A stretch of 63,383 nucleotides of DNA, filler included, from Octopus bimaculoides (Eukaryota): the NCBI RefSeq assembly GCF_001194135.2. It is 4 parts of 3 records of this genome, joined end to end, with 100 filler letters (N's around TTAATTAATTAA, not from the genome) between each part and the next. Parts side by side here need not be neighbours in the genome. Positions count along the whole stretch, not along the records: positions 27,482 to 53,841 come from NC_068985.1; 3 more parts are not named here. One strand, written 5' to 3'. Shown here piece after piece: positions 38,941 to 52,439 of the stretch. Within the stretch, counting starts at the first letter, position 1. Every line of letters begins with the position of its first letter. The translations under genes were made by a program, and so were the position numbers. Under the pieces are notes generated by a model. It did not search any database. It was not told where the DNA came from and worked only from the letters and a program-made list of their open reading frames with translations.

Positions 38941-39649
38941 TGATTATAAACATTAGCATTCTTTGGAGTTAAGTCTAATGTTCTGGCTTGTAATACAGCT
39001 GTTTCCAAATCTAGTAGTTTATTTTTGAGTAGTCTAAGTCTTGTGCCATGGAGACTCATGGCCTAGTCATTAGAGCAGCAGACTTGCGGTCGAGGGATCT
39101 CAGACTGGGTGATGTCTGTGTTTATAGGTGAAACACCTAAGCTCCGCGTGGCTCCAGCAGAAGATAATGGCGAACTTCTGCTGACTCTTTCACCACAATT
39201 TTAGTAAAACTAATGGACACTTATTAGTAAAACAAATGGACATTTATTGTAACTTTATCATAATCGTCACATAATTTCCTTGAAGATATAATGCCTACAG
39301 CTGGCAAAAAAAAAAAAAGTTCAAAATTCCAATGCATTCTACTGTGTGAGAATTACTTTTCTTTTTTTACCACATAATTAATGTTCAATCAGAATGAAGC
39401 CAAAAATCAGGGATCCTAAAGGGAAACTCAGCCAAGATTTATAAGAAAGAATACAGAACTCTACTGCCATTTGGGAAATGGTCCTACTTGATATGCAGAA
39501 AAGATTTGGTAGGAATTCCATATTATGTACTTAATGTAAACTATTAAGTACACAAGAGATGTAATGTAGTAGACTGAGAGACAAGGGTTATGTATATAGC
39601 AAAGGCTAGAACTAAGAGCTACTATGAAATGAATTCTTTCAAATACCCA

Positions 39650-40000
39650 GCAGGTTTGCTAAAGATTGTTGGCAGCTTCTGTTGCTTATGTGACCTAATT
39701 AACAGTTAAGGTAGATGTTGCAAAAACATAGTAGCCAGATTAAGAACAAGTAGGAAAGTTCTGGAGGCTAATTCCTGTGTTTGTATACAACATGTGATAC
39801 TGCATGCTAGTAAATTATGGGTATTGAATGTAGAGCATGTGCAAAAATCTTGATGACCTAAGCAAACTTTTCTGGATGTGCAACATTAGTATGCATGAGC
39901 ACTGGTAAGCTGAAGGAAAGTATGCACAGAGGAATCAGCTAATGGTCAAGGGAGAAGACTGAGTTGGTCCAGATGTGGTGCTTATGAAGGACTAGTAGAG
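39650..40000 (+). mobile_element. Highly decayed RTE LINE C-terminal fragment
   Basis: ILHASKLWVLNVEHVQK and ttctggatgtgcaacattagtatgcatgag resemble RTE LYGSETW.....LRWMCNVSVHE. Confidence 0.45.
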
Positions 40001-40450
40001 ATACCCAGCGTTGCTCAGGTTTTAAATGGCATAGTTTGTATATGTGGTACAGTTAAGTTGAAATATGTGATGTAGGGAAGTGCAGCATTGTTGACAAAAC
40101 ACTTGTGGAGTAAATGGAGGGCTAATTCAACTAAGTGACCTGTCCTGCATCTGTTTGGAAGATTCTAGGCCCTAACCTTGTCATAGAAAAATCGGTGGGG
40201 GTGTGTGATTTTTGAATGCAGTAAAAAGTTCTGTGGATATACTCTCCTTTGCAGCTGTCAGCACTGCTGCTACCATACTGAATAATCACTAGACATAAGA
40301 ATTATATCTATGTGACAAATTAAGTCTGGGTATGCTCAACAGCACTACACGAGAGAAATCTACATGAAGATATGATGTGGTAAGGTGGTGGGGATTGTCA
40401 AGCACTTGTAAACAATACTGTCATATAATATTTCAGTTTGGAATTAATAT

Positions 40451-40790
40451 TTGTGGCTCAACTGTGCACTCCTTTATGTAAACAGTGTGCGACCATTGTG
40501 AGGACAACTCAGCTCCCAAACGAAAACAATTTTGCATGCAGCATCAGGGTACACAAGGTCACATTAAGGACAAAGTCTCTAACAAAAGTGGTTGGGTCAT
40601 GTGACGTTGGGTTGCTGATGTGGTTGGAAATCAATAGTTGTGGCTCAACCATGCACTCCTTCACGTAAACAGTACATGACCATTGTGAGGATAACTCAGC
40701 TCCCAAAGGAAAACAGTTATGTTCTACATGCAGCATCCAGGTATGCAACATCACATTAAGGACCCGGTCTCTAACTAATGTGGTTGGGTC
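40451..40790. repeat. Diverged tandem duplication, period about 187 bp
   Basis: ttgtggctcaac...gaccattgtgagga.aactcagctcccaaa.gaaaaca...tcacattaaggac...gtggttgggtc at 40451-40598 and 40638-40790. Confidence 0.9.
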
Positions 40791-41325
40791 TTAGACACCT
40801 AAATTAATAGGTTAATGTATATGCAATATTTTGGTTTGTAATCAAGAGCTGAAGAATATTTGGGCTTTGTCTATGCTTAGAAAGAAGACTTTGATACAGA
40901 AGCTAAAAGAAAATAGTTGAATAGTTGCTCAGGATTTAACATATTTTAGCATATTTTTCGCAATAAACATAGTGTGTTCCAAACGGTTTTTATTCCAACA
41001 AATTGCTACCTATGGTACTACGGGAACATGCTATTATTGCTACCACTTTTGCAGTTTGAAGTCTAGATTGGTTTATCTATTTAATATAACCTAATTATAT
41101 AATTTCAGTAACTGTTTTTTCCAGTTTGAACAGAAGCAATATGTGGATCAAGCAGGTAGTAGTACATACTCCAGGAAAGGGAGTTTTCTGCCCCAGGGGC
41201 CCCATTACTCATTATGTGAAAAATTTTAAGAGTCTAAAACCATCTCTGGAACATAAGTAATGTATGTTCACAGTTTGGAGAAAATCAGAAGTTCTGCAGG
41301 TTTACACACACTCACACATCCTCAG

Positions 41326-41376
<51 letters not shown>

Positions 41377-41574
41377 GATATATAGAGAGGTAGAGAAATT
41401 AACATAAGTACGTCATCAAGAGTAATATCCTTTGAACCAGTGAAGCAACCAAGTTATGTGATCTTTTGTATTGTTTACCTAGAAAAAGGGGTTTTATGTC
41501 CCCAGGGGAAATATGGTCAATATGTTGTTTTTAGACATGTCCTGTCATCAAATATTTGAACCATACCTGTTTTA

Positions 41575-41908
41575 TCATCACATATAAATTATTCATATGT
41601 ATATACGCCAATGTTTGTCTGTTTGACTTGAAATCTCACCATTTCTTAATGAATGTTTTCTAAAATTTGCACACAAATCTGAAGTCATTCTAGAATAATG
41701 CTTGAAGAAAGAAAATCCAAGATCCATTTAGGGATAAGACACAGATTCAAGAAAGGAAGTGGTGAAAAAGTGACAGTCGTAATGAAGAGGCAAATTTTCT
41801 TCTCTTTCTATTTCCAATTAATTCTTTCTGTCTCTTACTTGATGTGCATACATGCACATACTTTTTTTTAACTCATCTTCCTTACGCAACTGTTTATTGG
41901 AACACTAG
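41575..41908 (+). mobile_element. Possible older Helitron-like element of a different family
   Basis: Ends ...GGAACACTAG|T; interior tgtttgtctgtttg...ctaaaatttgcacac resembles common invertebrate non-autonomous Helitrons; 5' end and hairpin unclear. Confidence 0.3.
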
Positions 41909-44301
41909 TTATAAAAATATCCCATATAAAAATCATATCCTCAGAAAGTTAGTGTGCAGTTTCAAATATTATGAGAGTTAAAACAACTTACACTTACATT
42001 TTTTTTTCACATTGAAATTAATTCATAATTATAAACTATTCAGGAATGATGCTCTATGAATCAGACTGTTAAGTATTGTAATGTTTGAAATATATATGAA
42101 AATTCCTGCTTTCAAATTATTTCATTTGATATTCCAGACCTTGTGCATGAAGAAGTATGTAGCACCTGTGCAAGGCTGAGTGCTTTGGCTAGTATATTTA
42201 TGTATATGTTGCTTATGTAAAACTCTTGAATTGCTACTTCATAAATTTGAAAACTCTTCCAAAGTGAGCTATTACTTTTAAATTGACCCTTACTGATATA
42301 TTTTTATAAATTTCTCATCCTACATCATATTCTGTTTGTTTCTTTTTATTTGGTGAAGATCTCTATTTACATGTTTCACAACTACCACCACTCATTATTT
42401 CAGGCCTTCATATAGTACAGAGGAAATTTTCCAACTTTGTGACATGATTCAAAACTTTGTATACATCCTCTAATTTTTGCCATGAAATGATCACTTACTC
42501 AATTTTTAGTGAGCTATTTACAGAGTTGAAGCCCCTCATGTTGTTAGTTAATCCAGTGTATCTGTTTCAGCTAGACCTAAATAGACCACAAGAGATGCCA
42601 CAATACCTTTTATTTGCTTACTTTCTTCATACTACTAGACTTTTTCATATACTAATATTAACCATAGTGTTGGCAATATTAATCTTGAGGTGATTTGGTT
42701 TAGATCTTTTCTCATGCATTTCAAATTTCATTTATCATTCATCACTTGATTATTCAATTCAATTCAGTTTACTTCAGGCTATCTTTTGTCATAAATAGTA
42801 TTCTGTTTTGGTAAATTTATGTAAGATGATTCCTTAACTATTCAGCAAATATTTTCAATCATTTTTAAATAAAAAAACATTCACTACCATAGTGAATCCT
42901 AAAATGTAATACACATTCAACTTTTCTAGTTACTCTTTGAAATAGTAAAATACTATCAAAGTTTATGTTGAAAATACAAGGCATTTAAAATCAACCTATT
43001 TTTTTTTAATCTCTGGAAATAATAATTTTTACTACTGTTGTATTGTATGTAAAGTAGCAAAATAAAATTAGTGTTAAGTTACTTCTGTCCAGTTTTTATA
43101 TTCATTTAGATAATGCTACTATGAAGTTAAATAGCAAGTACTTGAATTAGTCTGTAAAGTCTATAATAGTAAAATAGAAGCTGCTTAACTTTTTCTCTTC
43201 TATTTAGTCACCCACAAAGGGTGCTGGAAATTACTTTGATAATTTTTTTTTTCTTGTATATTATTAGAACTAGTAATAGTATGGTGAGAAAAACCAGCTG
43301 ATAATGTGACCCACTTTTTATGTATAGTATTAGAGGATTGTAGAAAGGAAAATTCTGGAGGTTTTTATTTTATAGGAATTGGTATTTTCTTGTCAATGCT
43401 ATAGTGTGAAACTTTTAATGTGAGGGTGTTTTGAAGGAAACCACTGGGATAATAATTTTTGCTTGATAGCATCTATAAAACATATCAGCACATACTATTA
43501 TGATAGCTAATAATTTTCAATTATGAATTAACCCAAAATTGAATTGAGTATAATAATTATATTTTAAGGTTTTTATTTCTTTAGAGCAGCTTAGTTTACA
43601 ACTAATATAAGAAATTCTAATTAAGAATCAGTACAGCATAAAGTTGTATTATTAAACTTTCTTTTCCTTTTTAGAGTTTCTTGTTGTTTCTTATTTTGTG
43701 CTTTTAATATGTTGACATTATTCTACTAATAATGATTAAATATGAATTGAATTACAAAATATTTGCCAGCAACAAATATTAACAAGAAAGTAGTTTAGAC
43801 TAAATTCACAGACAAGTGTGTGACCGTGCTCAGTGTGCATAAAATGTGTAGGCAGTAATTCAAAACTAAATAGTCATTCAATACTAGGTTGTGCAATTTG
43901 TGTCATTCCCAATGGATTATGAGTTAGTATATAAATTCCATATGTAAGAGAATTATTTTAAAAAGATTATTCACAAGGTACTGACACAATTTGGAGAAAG
44001 AACTGGAATTTATTATAATTCTAGTAATTTAGAGAACATTCTATAAATGATATTAACAGCAAACAGAATACTGTTAGAGTTGTAGTTTTAAAAAACAAAA
44101 TGAAATAACCAGCAAAAGTTGAAGACTATATAAAAGCCATTCTTTAGATGGTGTGTGGATTATGAGAAAGATAGACACTCTGTATAGTGTTTGATTAAGG
44201 ATGAATATTATGGGAATTATTTTCCTAAAACACTGGTATTTTATATGATTACATATAAAATATGATTACAGTATAGGTGATACAGCAGACTTAATTTAAA
44301 G

Positions 44302-44488
44302 TAAACAGAATATACATTATTTACATTATCTACATTTGACGGATATTCGTCCTCATCTTGTTTGTTGTTAACACAACGTTTGTTGTTAACACAACAAACA
44401 AGATGAGGACGAATATCCGTCAAATGTAGATAATGTAAATAATGTAAATAATTCCTCATCTCTTAAATATAGAACTAAACAGAATATA
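44302..44488. mobile_element. Fold-back insertion of the hammerhead-SINE/Penelope tail with a TSD
   Basis: 55-bp perfect inverted arms (44313-44367 / 44392-44446); flanking direct repeat TAAACAGAATATA (44302-44314, 44476-44488). Confidence 0.85.
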
Positions 44489-44509
44489 TTGGCAAATACT
44501 GACAGAATA

Positions 44510-45693
44510 TATTGGGTTGGCCAAATGTCTGATCATTTTTTGTTGACACTAAACTTCAAGCTCTCTAAGTAGCAAACTTCAGTCTGCCTTTTGTGCATGC
44601 ACTCTTGTTAGATACTCTACACTGCAATGTAGTTCAACATGAACTTGTGGCAAGAGAGGTTGTATTTTGTGTACTTGGGATCATGCTAAAAATGTAGAAC
44701 CAAAACAAACATTATTGACACCTCATACTTTAAAAAAAAAAAAAAGGCATAATGGTGGTGAAAACCGGCAGGAAGATATGATATGTGTATAGAAAGGGTG
44801 CTATTATGGAACGTATTTTAAAAGTAGTTTTCAAGATTTCAGTTGGGTAACTTTTTGGTTCAAGATGCACCATACTTTGACCAGCATGATCACAGATATT
44901 CCCCAAATATTCAAATTGAGTGCTGAAAACCATCTGCTTCAACTTGGTTATGTCAGCAGGTTCAATGTTTAGGTCCCACATTACTTGATTGAGGTTAAGC
45001 TTGTTCAACGAATTTCCATCTGTGATTTGTTGCAGAAATGAGAAGAAAATGGTGACTAGGGATAAAAATGGGTTGTCTATAACAATATGAAGCACAAATG
45101 ATCATGGAGGAAGCACAGCAAACCATCACAAAGAACTTCCAAAGCAGGACTTCACCCAAAGAAGGCTATGCTTTCAATTTGATGGGGTTGGAAAGGGGTT
45201 GTCTTTTATAAGCTTCTTTTCCATCAGTTTGAATGTGTACTGTGACCAGCTGGACAAATTAAATGCAGCAGTCTACCTGAAGCATCCAGCACTTGCTAAT
45301 CATAAGGGCATTGTCTTTCATCATGACATTGCCAAACTGCACACCTCTTTGCTGATGCAGCAGAAGTTACTGGGACTTGGCTGGGAAGTTTTGGCACACC
45401 CTTCATATTCACTTGACCTTGCACCTCCAGATTTCCACCTGTTTTAGTCTTTTCAAAATTCATTGAATGGACAGAACTTTAGCTCTGAAGATGTAAAAAT
45501 TCACCTGGAAGAGTTTCTCATAAGTTAAAACAGGAAATTCTTTGAGCAGGGAATAAAAGATCTTCCCACAAGATGTCAGAAGATACTATAATGAAGTGAT
45601 AATTCTGTCGTTGATTGAATAAATTACTTTGTATTTTAAAATTTGTCTTATTTTCACTTAAGGAACTGAATGGACTTTTTGACCAACCCAATT
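44510..45693 (+). mobile_element. Near full-length mariner relic with both TIRs
   Basis: TIRs ttgggttggccaaatgtc (44512) and gactttttgaccaacccaa (45691); degenerate transposase incl. LHPKKAML, VFHHDIAKLH, HPSYSLDLAPPDFHLF; about 1.18 kb. Confidence 0.9.
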
Positions 45694-48471
45694 GTTGAAT
45701 TTAATGAATACTATACCCTAATTAAAATATGCTCGCCTTTTTTCAGCCCTTATTTTATTAATATAGCTATATGGTAGCATAGTTTAACTGCCATTTCTTT
45801 TCTGAATTTATACCTTAATGTTAACCAAGAATGAGAAGTGAAATGCAGTTATCCAATGGCAAAACAAAACAATAACGGTTGAATTGAATATCATTTGGTC
45901 AGCAGCTGTTGTACACTTTTAGATCATAACAATCAGATGCAAGTAGACACACATGCATGCATGTGCACACACATGTACACGTGTACGCACACACACTCTC
46001 TATGTATGTATCTATAAATAGATAGATATAATATGGGGAAGATATTAAAAAAAAATGTGGGTGCTGTTAATGAATAATTTGTGCATTGAAATGATGAAAA
46101 TAATAGTAATATCCTGATGAATACAAAATCTCAATGCTGGAAGCCTAGTTTTGCATTCTGTATCAATTAGGAGATAAGCAATGAAATTTCCCTTGGATAA
46201 GATGCATTCTTACTACAAAAGAACATATATCTATTATGAAAAGTACATGTACTAGATAGTACTTCTTGTATTTAAGAGGATAAACTTACAATTGCTATAG
46301 TCAAGTTGTTTTATTTTTCATTTCTCACTGTTAAATTTAATCTTTGACCAACTGCATCTATTATTATATGCAGCAGAAGTGTTTATAAAAAATGCTCTTG
46401 TTTTAACTATTTTATCTTAAGACACTTGCATATATAAACACCATCTCTTGTTTTAAATCTCTTATTATTACTCTGTTTTTGTTACTATAGAATAGTGATA
46501 ACATTTACATTTTCAAATTCTATAGAAATTCTATTAGAATAAAATACATTGAATTACTGGTCACAGGAAATTTGATTGGGTGATCTTGACTAACTTCAAG
46601 GTATAATTATTGCCAGTGTTCTGTTTTTACATTAGAATTAGAGATCTCTAATAGGCCAAAAGGAAACAAAAACAAAAAGCAGCAAAAGAAAAAAATACAG
46701 TTTACCCTCTTGTAATACATAGTATGATCATAGATTATGGTGTTCATTCTCTTTAAATAATACCAGAAAGTGCTTTTCATTGTCATTCAAACTCTTTTAT
46801 ACCTCCACCTAGATTACCCATAATGACTAACACAATCTTCACAATATAACCATTCTTCATTTCAAGCTTATGGCAGGTCAGCATTGGTACTTTCTTAACA
46901 TTACATTTTTTTCCGCCTTTTGTTTTGCTTGTGGAAAGTCTTTATGTAAATGTTCTAGAATTACTTTTGAATTTTGTTGCTGACTTGAAATAGTAATTTT
47001 GTTTGTCTTTTAGTCTCACTATAGTTTTTCTTTGACTATTTAGAACAATTTACCTTCTTGTTTTGTATAAAGAACTGAACTAAAAAGCTGATAAATGGAT
47101 GACTTGAATGGCCATGGGCTTTACTAATAGAGATTGATGGTTTGTACACTGTTACTGGTAGTGCATTGTATCCTTACAAAACCATCTAACATTCTATGGC
47201 TTCATCCATAATTTTTTAACATGTATCATGAGGTTATAGTTCCCCATTGTAAGCAGCAAGGAACATTAAAGAAATGTATATAATTAGTTTAGTTACTCTT
47301 CTCTTGAGCCTCAGTTAATTCCAGTTTCAGATGAGAAATTCACATTTACGCATGCTGTGGCATTTTTGTTTTTCTCTAATGGTAAATGAACTGAATACTT
47401 GATGACCTGCAACTGTACTTATTAAATTCAATATAAGAGGTAATAATACATACAATAATTATTTATTTTGAAATACATTTATAACTCTGGGGAAGATATT
47501 AGTCTCTTTCACATAACTTTCTCTGAAGTTCTGGTACTTTTTCTTGATAGCCCAGGGAATTTAGGCAGATAGAATAAAATATTTTCCTCAACAACAGTGA
47601 AATATTTGTTATGGCTTTCAACTCAGACTATTTAATTTTTAAAGTTTATCTAAAATCATTCTAATAACTTATAATATTCATGGTTACCAAATTTAGAATT
47701 AAAGAAAAAAAGCAACTCAAATAAACAAATAAGGTTCTCTAATTTAAGCAAAAGGCTAGTAAGTTTGATGGGAGGGGGTTAGTCATTACCAACAGTTCCA
47801 GCATATGATTGGTACTTTCTTTTATCAACCCTAGGGGGGTGAAAGACAAAGTTGATCTTGATGAGAAATGAAATCAGCATTAAGAGCCAGAACAAATATT
47901 CTGATACTGTAACAATTCTGCCAACTCATCACCTGAGAAATCATAGCTAATGAGAAATAAGAAAAAATATAAACACAGCGCATAAATAATTACATGAAAA
48001 TTGATGCACTATTAGTTCACTCATAGAGAAAACAAATATTCTAAAGGCAAATATATATATTTTTGACTTGACTGTTTGTATTCAATAATATCAAAAAAAT
48101 TATCGATGAGTAATTATCCCCATTGACTTCAGAAGATGAAAACAAATGGAATACACATGCATATAGCAATGCATATGTTTATACCTTTCTGAATGATTTG
48201 AATGATTTACTAAATGATATGAGTAAAGATAGATTCAATGATCAATTAGACTGGCAACATCATAATCATCATCATTTAACATTCGTTTTCCATGCTGGAG
48301 TGGGTTGGATGGTTTGACCAGAGCTGGAAAGGTCAGATGTTGTGCCAGGCTCCATTGTTTGTTTTGGCATGGTTTCTATGGCTTGATGCCCTTCCTAATG
48401 CCATCCACTTTGCAGAACGTACTAGATGCTTTTTGTGCGGCACCAGCATTGACATCAGGATGTATTTTATA

Positions 48472-48887
48472 CTAGCTGGCCCTATGCCATCAAAAATGAT
48501 GGTTAATTGTAGTATTCTATATATAAATATGGATGGTAAATCAAATTAATACACTCGTCAATGTTATCTAGTGGTTGTCTTTTGAGATGTGACATTGATC
48601 ATCGTTTGTTACTGAAAGAACGCTTGCTCAAACATACATTCACATACTTCCCTTGTGTACATACACACATATACCTACACAGAGTTGAAACACTGTTTGA
48701 TTTTTCTTTGCAGCATTGAATGTTCACTATCCCACTTCCATTGCACACACACACACACACACAAACACTCACATACCTTACTTTTACGTACACACAGATA
48801 TACTCACACACTACCAGTTTGGCATCACCCCTTCCTTTCTCATTCATATGGTGTGACAGAAAAACTCAAGAGTATTATTATAGTAGA
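48472..48887 (-). mobile_element. Non-autonomous Helitron copy 3
   Basis: A|TCTACTATAATAA...CCATCA-TTTT-TGATGG...CCAGCTAG|T; inserted between A and T with no TSD. Confidence 0.85.
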
Positions 48888-49555
48888 TTCTGTCTTCACC
48901 TACTATATTGACTTGGATCATTCCCCAAAATTCTGTCATTGCTACCATATTTTGTTCTAATTTTTGGAAATTCTTTCCAATCACCTCCATTTTTAACCCC
49001 TCATATTTGTCAACAGAACTACAGTCTCCTTCATTTCAATATTCCTTTCTTAATTAAAAACAAAATGAAACATTGTACTAAGTAAATCTTTAGGACAAAG
49101 TGATACCCAGTGTTCTCACTTTTACAAAGATATTTCCAATTATTTCTTTTCAAAACTCTAAGTACTCAGTATGGTCAAAATTGGCTTCAAGAAATTCTAA
49201 ATTTCTTTCAGTGCCCCCAAAGAATATGCTCATTTTCTACTTGGCCAAAATTTGCGCCTTTTGAAATATTGCTCCTACACCAGAAGAAAACATCATGTCT
49301 TTATAGCAGCCTACTGTCTCTGGGTCTTTGATAATCTATATCTTCTCTTTATCTTTATTTTTCATCTGTTGTTGCCACTGTAATCTGAAATTGTTAGCTG
49401 TATTAAGAGGTCTAGTACAAGCTCAAAAATGTGTTACACTAACAGTACACTATGTTTATATATAGACCCAAAAAAGTCAAATAGAAATAATGTAAATTGT
49501 CTTAAGTTGTACACAATAAATTTTTCCTCTTTCTCTCTGTATTCTAAACTCAACA

Positions 49556-49569
49556 GCTCTTCTTCTTCC

Positions 49570-49600
<31 letters not shown>

Positions 49601-49703
49601 CTTCTTCTTCTTCTTCTTCTTCTTCTTCTTCTTCTTCTTCTTCTTCTTCTTCTTCTTCTTCTTCTTCTNNNNNNNNNNTTTTTCTTCTTCCACTTCTTCT
49701 TCC

Positions 49704-49794
<91 letters not shown>

Positions 49795-49795
49795 G
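49556..49795. repeat. Compound microsatellite (TTC)n(TTA)n
   Basis: Direct reading; contains a 10-N gap. Confidence 0.98.
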
Positions 49796-52186
49796 CTGCT
49801 CTGACTTGGCGGAATTGCTAGCATGCCAGACAAAATGCTTAGCAGCATTTTGTCTGTCTTTATGTTGCTGATTCAAATTTCACTGAAGTTGACTTTGCCT
49901 TTCATCCTTTTGGATAAAATAAGTACCAGCTGCACATTGGGGTCAATGTAATCAACTTAACCCCTTCCCCTCAAATTCAGGCCTTGTGCCTGTGATGGAA
50001 AGGATTATTAAGGTGGATAGGCTGAATCATTAGAATGTCAAACACAATGAGTTGTGGTATTTCTTCCAGCCTATTACATTCTGAGTTCAAATCCCAACTT
50101 TGCTTTTCATTGTAGGTGAAATGAAATAAAGCACCACTCAAGAACTGGATTTGATGGTATCAACTAATCCCCTCCTTGAAAATTGCTGGTTCTGTACCTA
50201 TGTTAGAAACAATTATTATTATTATTATTCATTACTCACTGTCTTATTGCTTGTATTCACTGTATTACTGAGCATAACTTTGTCTTGTGTACATGCAGGG
50301 TTTTGTTTTGGATTTTATTCTCATGGTTGTGTGGTAAGATGTTTGCTTCCCAACTACATGGTCTCAGGTTCAGTATCTTGGAGTGAATATATGAATGTGT
50401 GTGTCTCCTTGTTTTGAAATTGCAGCGTAGTTGTAAATGAGTGTTACCTTCATGCAAGCAGTATCCTTCTTTCCCAATTTTTGTGAAAGCATGTCTGGTC
50501 ATGGGGAAATATTACCTTATGTGGAAACAGATCAAGGTTTATGAAAAGAAGGGCATTTGGCTGTAGAAAATCTGACCCATGCAAACAGGGAAAAGTGGGC
50601 ATTAAAATGATGAAGACGATTCTATTGAGAGTTCTCTATGTAATATGTGAGCAATGCCTGCTAGTGTTATTTCCTATGATGTGCATATTGTTTAATCTTG
50701 GGGGTTTGGGTCATGTTTTTGTCTGAATCTTTTTTTTTTTTAATTCCCAAGACACATTGTTAAAGGGATTGTTTCTATATTCAGTCATTGATATTTGAGT
50801 TATCTCTGTTTTCAGATGTTTATATTGGATAATTACCCTGTTCCTTTGAGAGACACATTATCATTAGTTTGGGCAGCTATGTTGATTAGGAGGTATATTT
50901 TCCCTGACAGATCCTAAATAACTATATCTAGTTAATTAGTCCTGATCTTTTTGAGTATGTGTGTTGGCATATCCCAGAATATGGTTACTTTCTCATTCTG
51001 TGAGACCTTTTCTGGTATATTCCTATACTATTTATTGCCTGTTGGTATTTCATAGTTTGGTACCATTTCCAGTGTGTGTAAGTTCCAAATTTGTCTTGGT
51101 TGTGGCTGTATTATTTCTCAATTGGCCCAATAAAGACAATGTAGTTAATTGTTTCCTTCATGAAAGGAAAACAAGTATCTGAATCAATAGCACAGTGAAC
51201 AAAATATTTTATGGTATTTAATTGTGCTCCTTTACTTTCCGTATTCAACTCCTGATGTCAGCTTAGCCTGCTATCCTACCAAGGTTGATAAAATAAGTAC
51301 CAGTAAAGTATTGGGATCAATTAAATTGTTTATTCCTTCCAAATCAGTAGACTTGTCACAAATTAGTATCAGGCAAAAAATACCTTGCAGTATTTGTTTC
51401 AGCTCTTTAAATTCTAAGTTCAAGTCTCAGCAAAATCAACTTTGCCTCTCATCCTTCAGTGGTTGGTAAAATAATGTATCAAGAAGAAAAAAGACTTTAG
51501 TCTATGTAATCAACTGTTCCCTTCCTCTCAAAACTTCTAGTTTTGTGCCTATGTTTGAAGTTATTATTATCAACATCATTACCATTGTTTACTTTTTAAA
51601 GGAATTTAGAATCTTAAAAATTGCAGTTCAAGTTTCTAAACAATTTTTGTAAACTCAATTATAACAATGAGTTCATGATCATATGTTATTTAGATCTAAC
51701 TTACTTCCACGCCATTACATTATAATGATCTGGCTATGACAATATTGTTATCACAGGAAACAGTGTTAATCACAGGAAACAAATTTAAGGAGTCCAAAAT
51801 TCATAATTCCAATATAATTAACTAAAACAATACTAAACTATTTCTTTTGAGACATTTGATTTCATAAAGTCAATATATAAAGATAAAATAGTTTCAGTTA
51901 CAATATTAGCTTTTCATTTTGCTTTTTTCTAATGTTACTTAATCAACCAATAAAGATCAATGTTCAGCTAGTTTGAGTTTGATATTGGACATTAGATATT
52001 TAAGATATGTGAATGATTCCATACAATTTCATCTCATCTCAAAATGTGAATATATATATATATATATATATATAATCCACAAAAACAGGAAATGCTAGAA
52101 AATATTAGCAACATGTTTTCTATTTTATGCTTAACAGAAAACTTTAAAAGATAATAAAATTAATGACATTTTGTTTCTATTTTTAG

Positions 52187-52439
52187 GTATGTCCTAAATT
52201 TCATGCGGACTTCCAAACTGTTGCTTCCAAATGGTTTCAGAGAACTGTTGATGTTGAAAGAAGAAGCTGACTACTTTGAAATAGATTCCCTACTACAGCG
52301 AATTGAAACCTTAGACCAAAATCGCAAAAAACATTGCAGATCAAGAAGAAAAAAGTCTTTTCATTCCTCTCTTGAAGTTCTAAATCTAAATCGAAGTGAT
52401 TTTGAATTAATTGGTGATAGTGAGTGGTGGGAAGGTTAG
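52187..52439 (+). CDS. Exon encoding the C-terminal half of a T1-type BTB/POZ domain, KCTD1/15-like: (R)YVLNFMRTSKLLLPNGFRELLMLKEEADYFEIDSLLQRIETL...GDSEWWEG*
   Basis: Acceptor ttttgtttctatttttag|G at 52186/52187 (phase 2); motif matches KCTD1/15 R-Y[IV]L[NS]FLRTSKLL[IL]PDDF..L.EEA.Y[FY]. Ends either at stop 52437-52439 or at a possible donor AAG|GTTAGA after 52434. Confidence 0.85.

Noticed and set aside
39220-39300. Strong minus-strand acceptor (T14-GCCAG) followed by VGIISSRKLCDDYDKV...*
   Set aside because: No donor or homology; such acceptors arise often beside poly-A runs.
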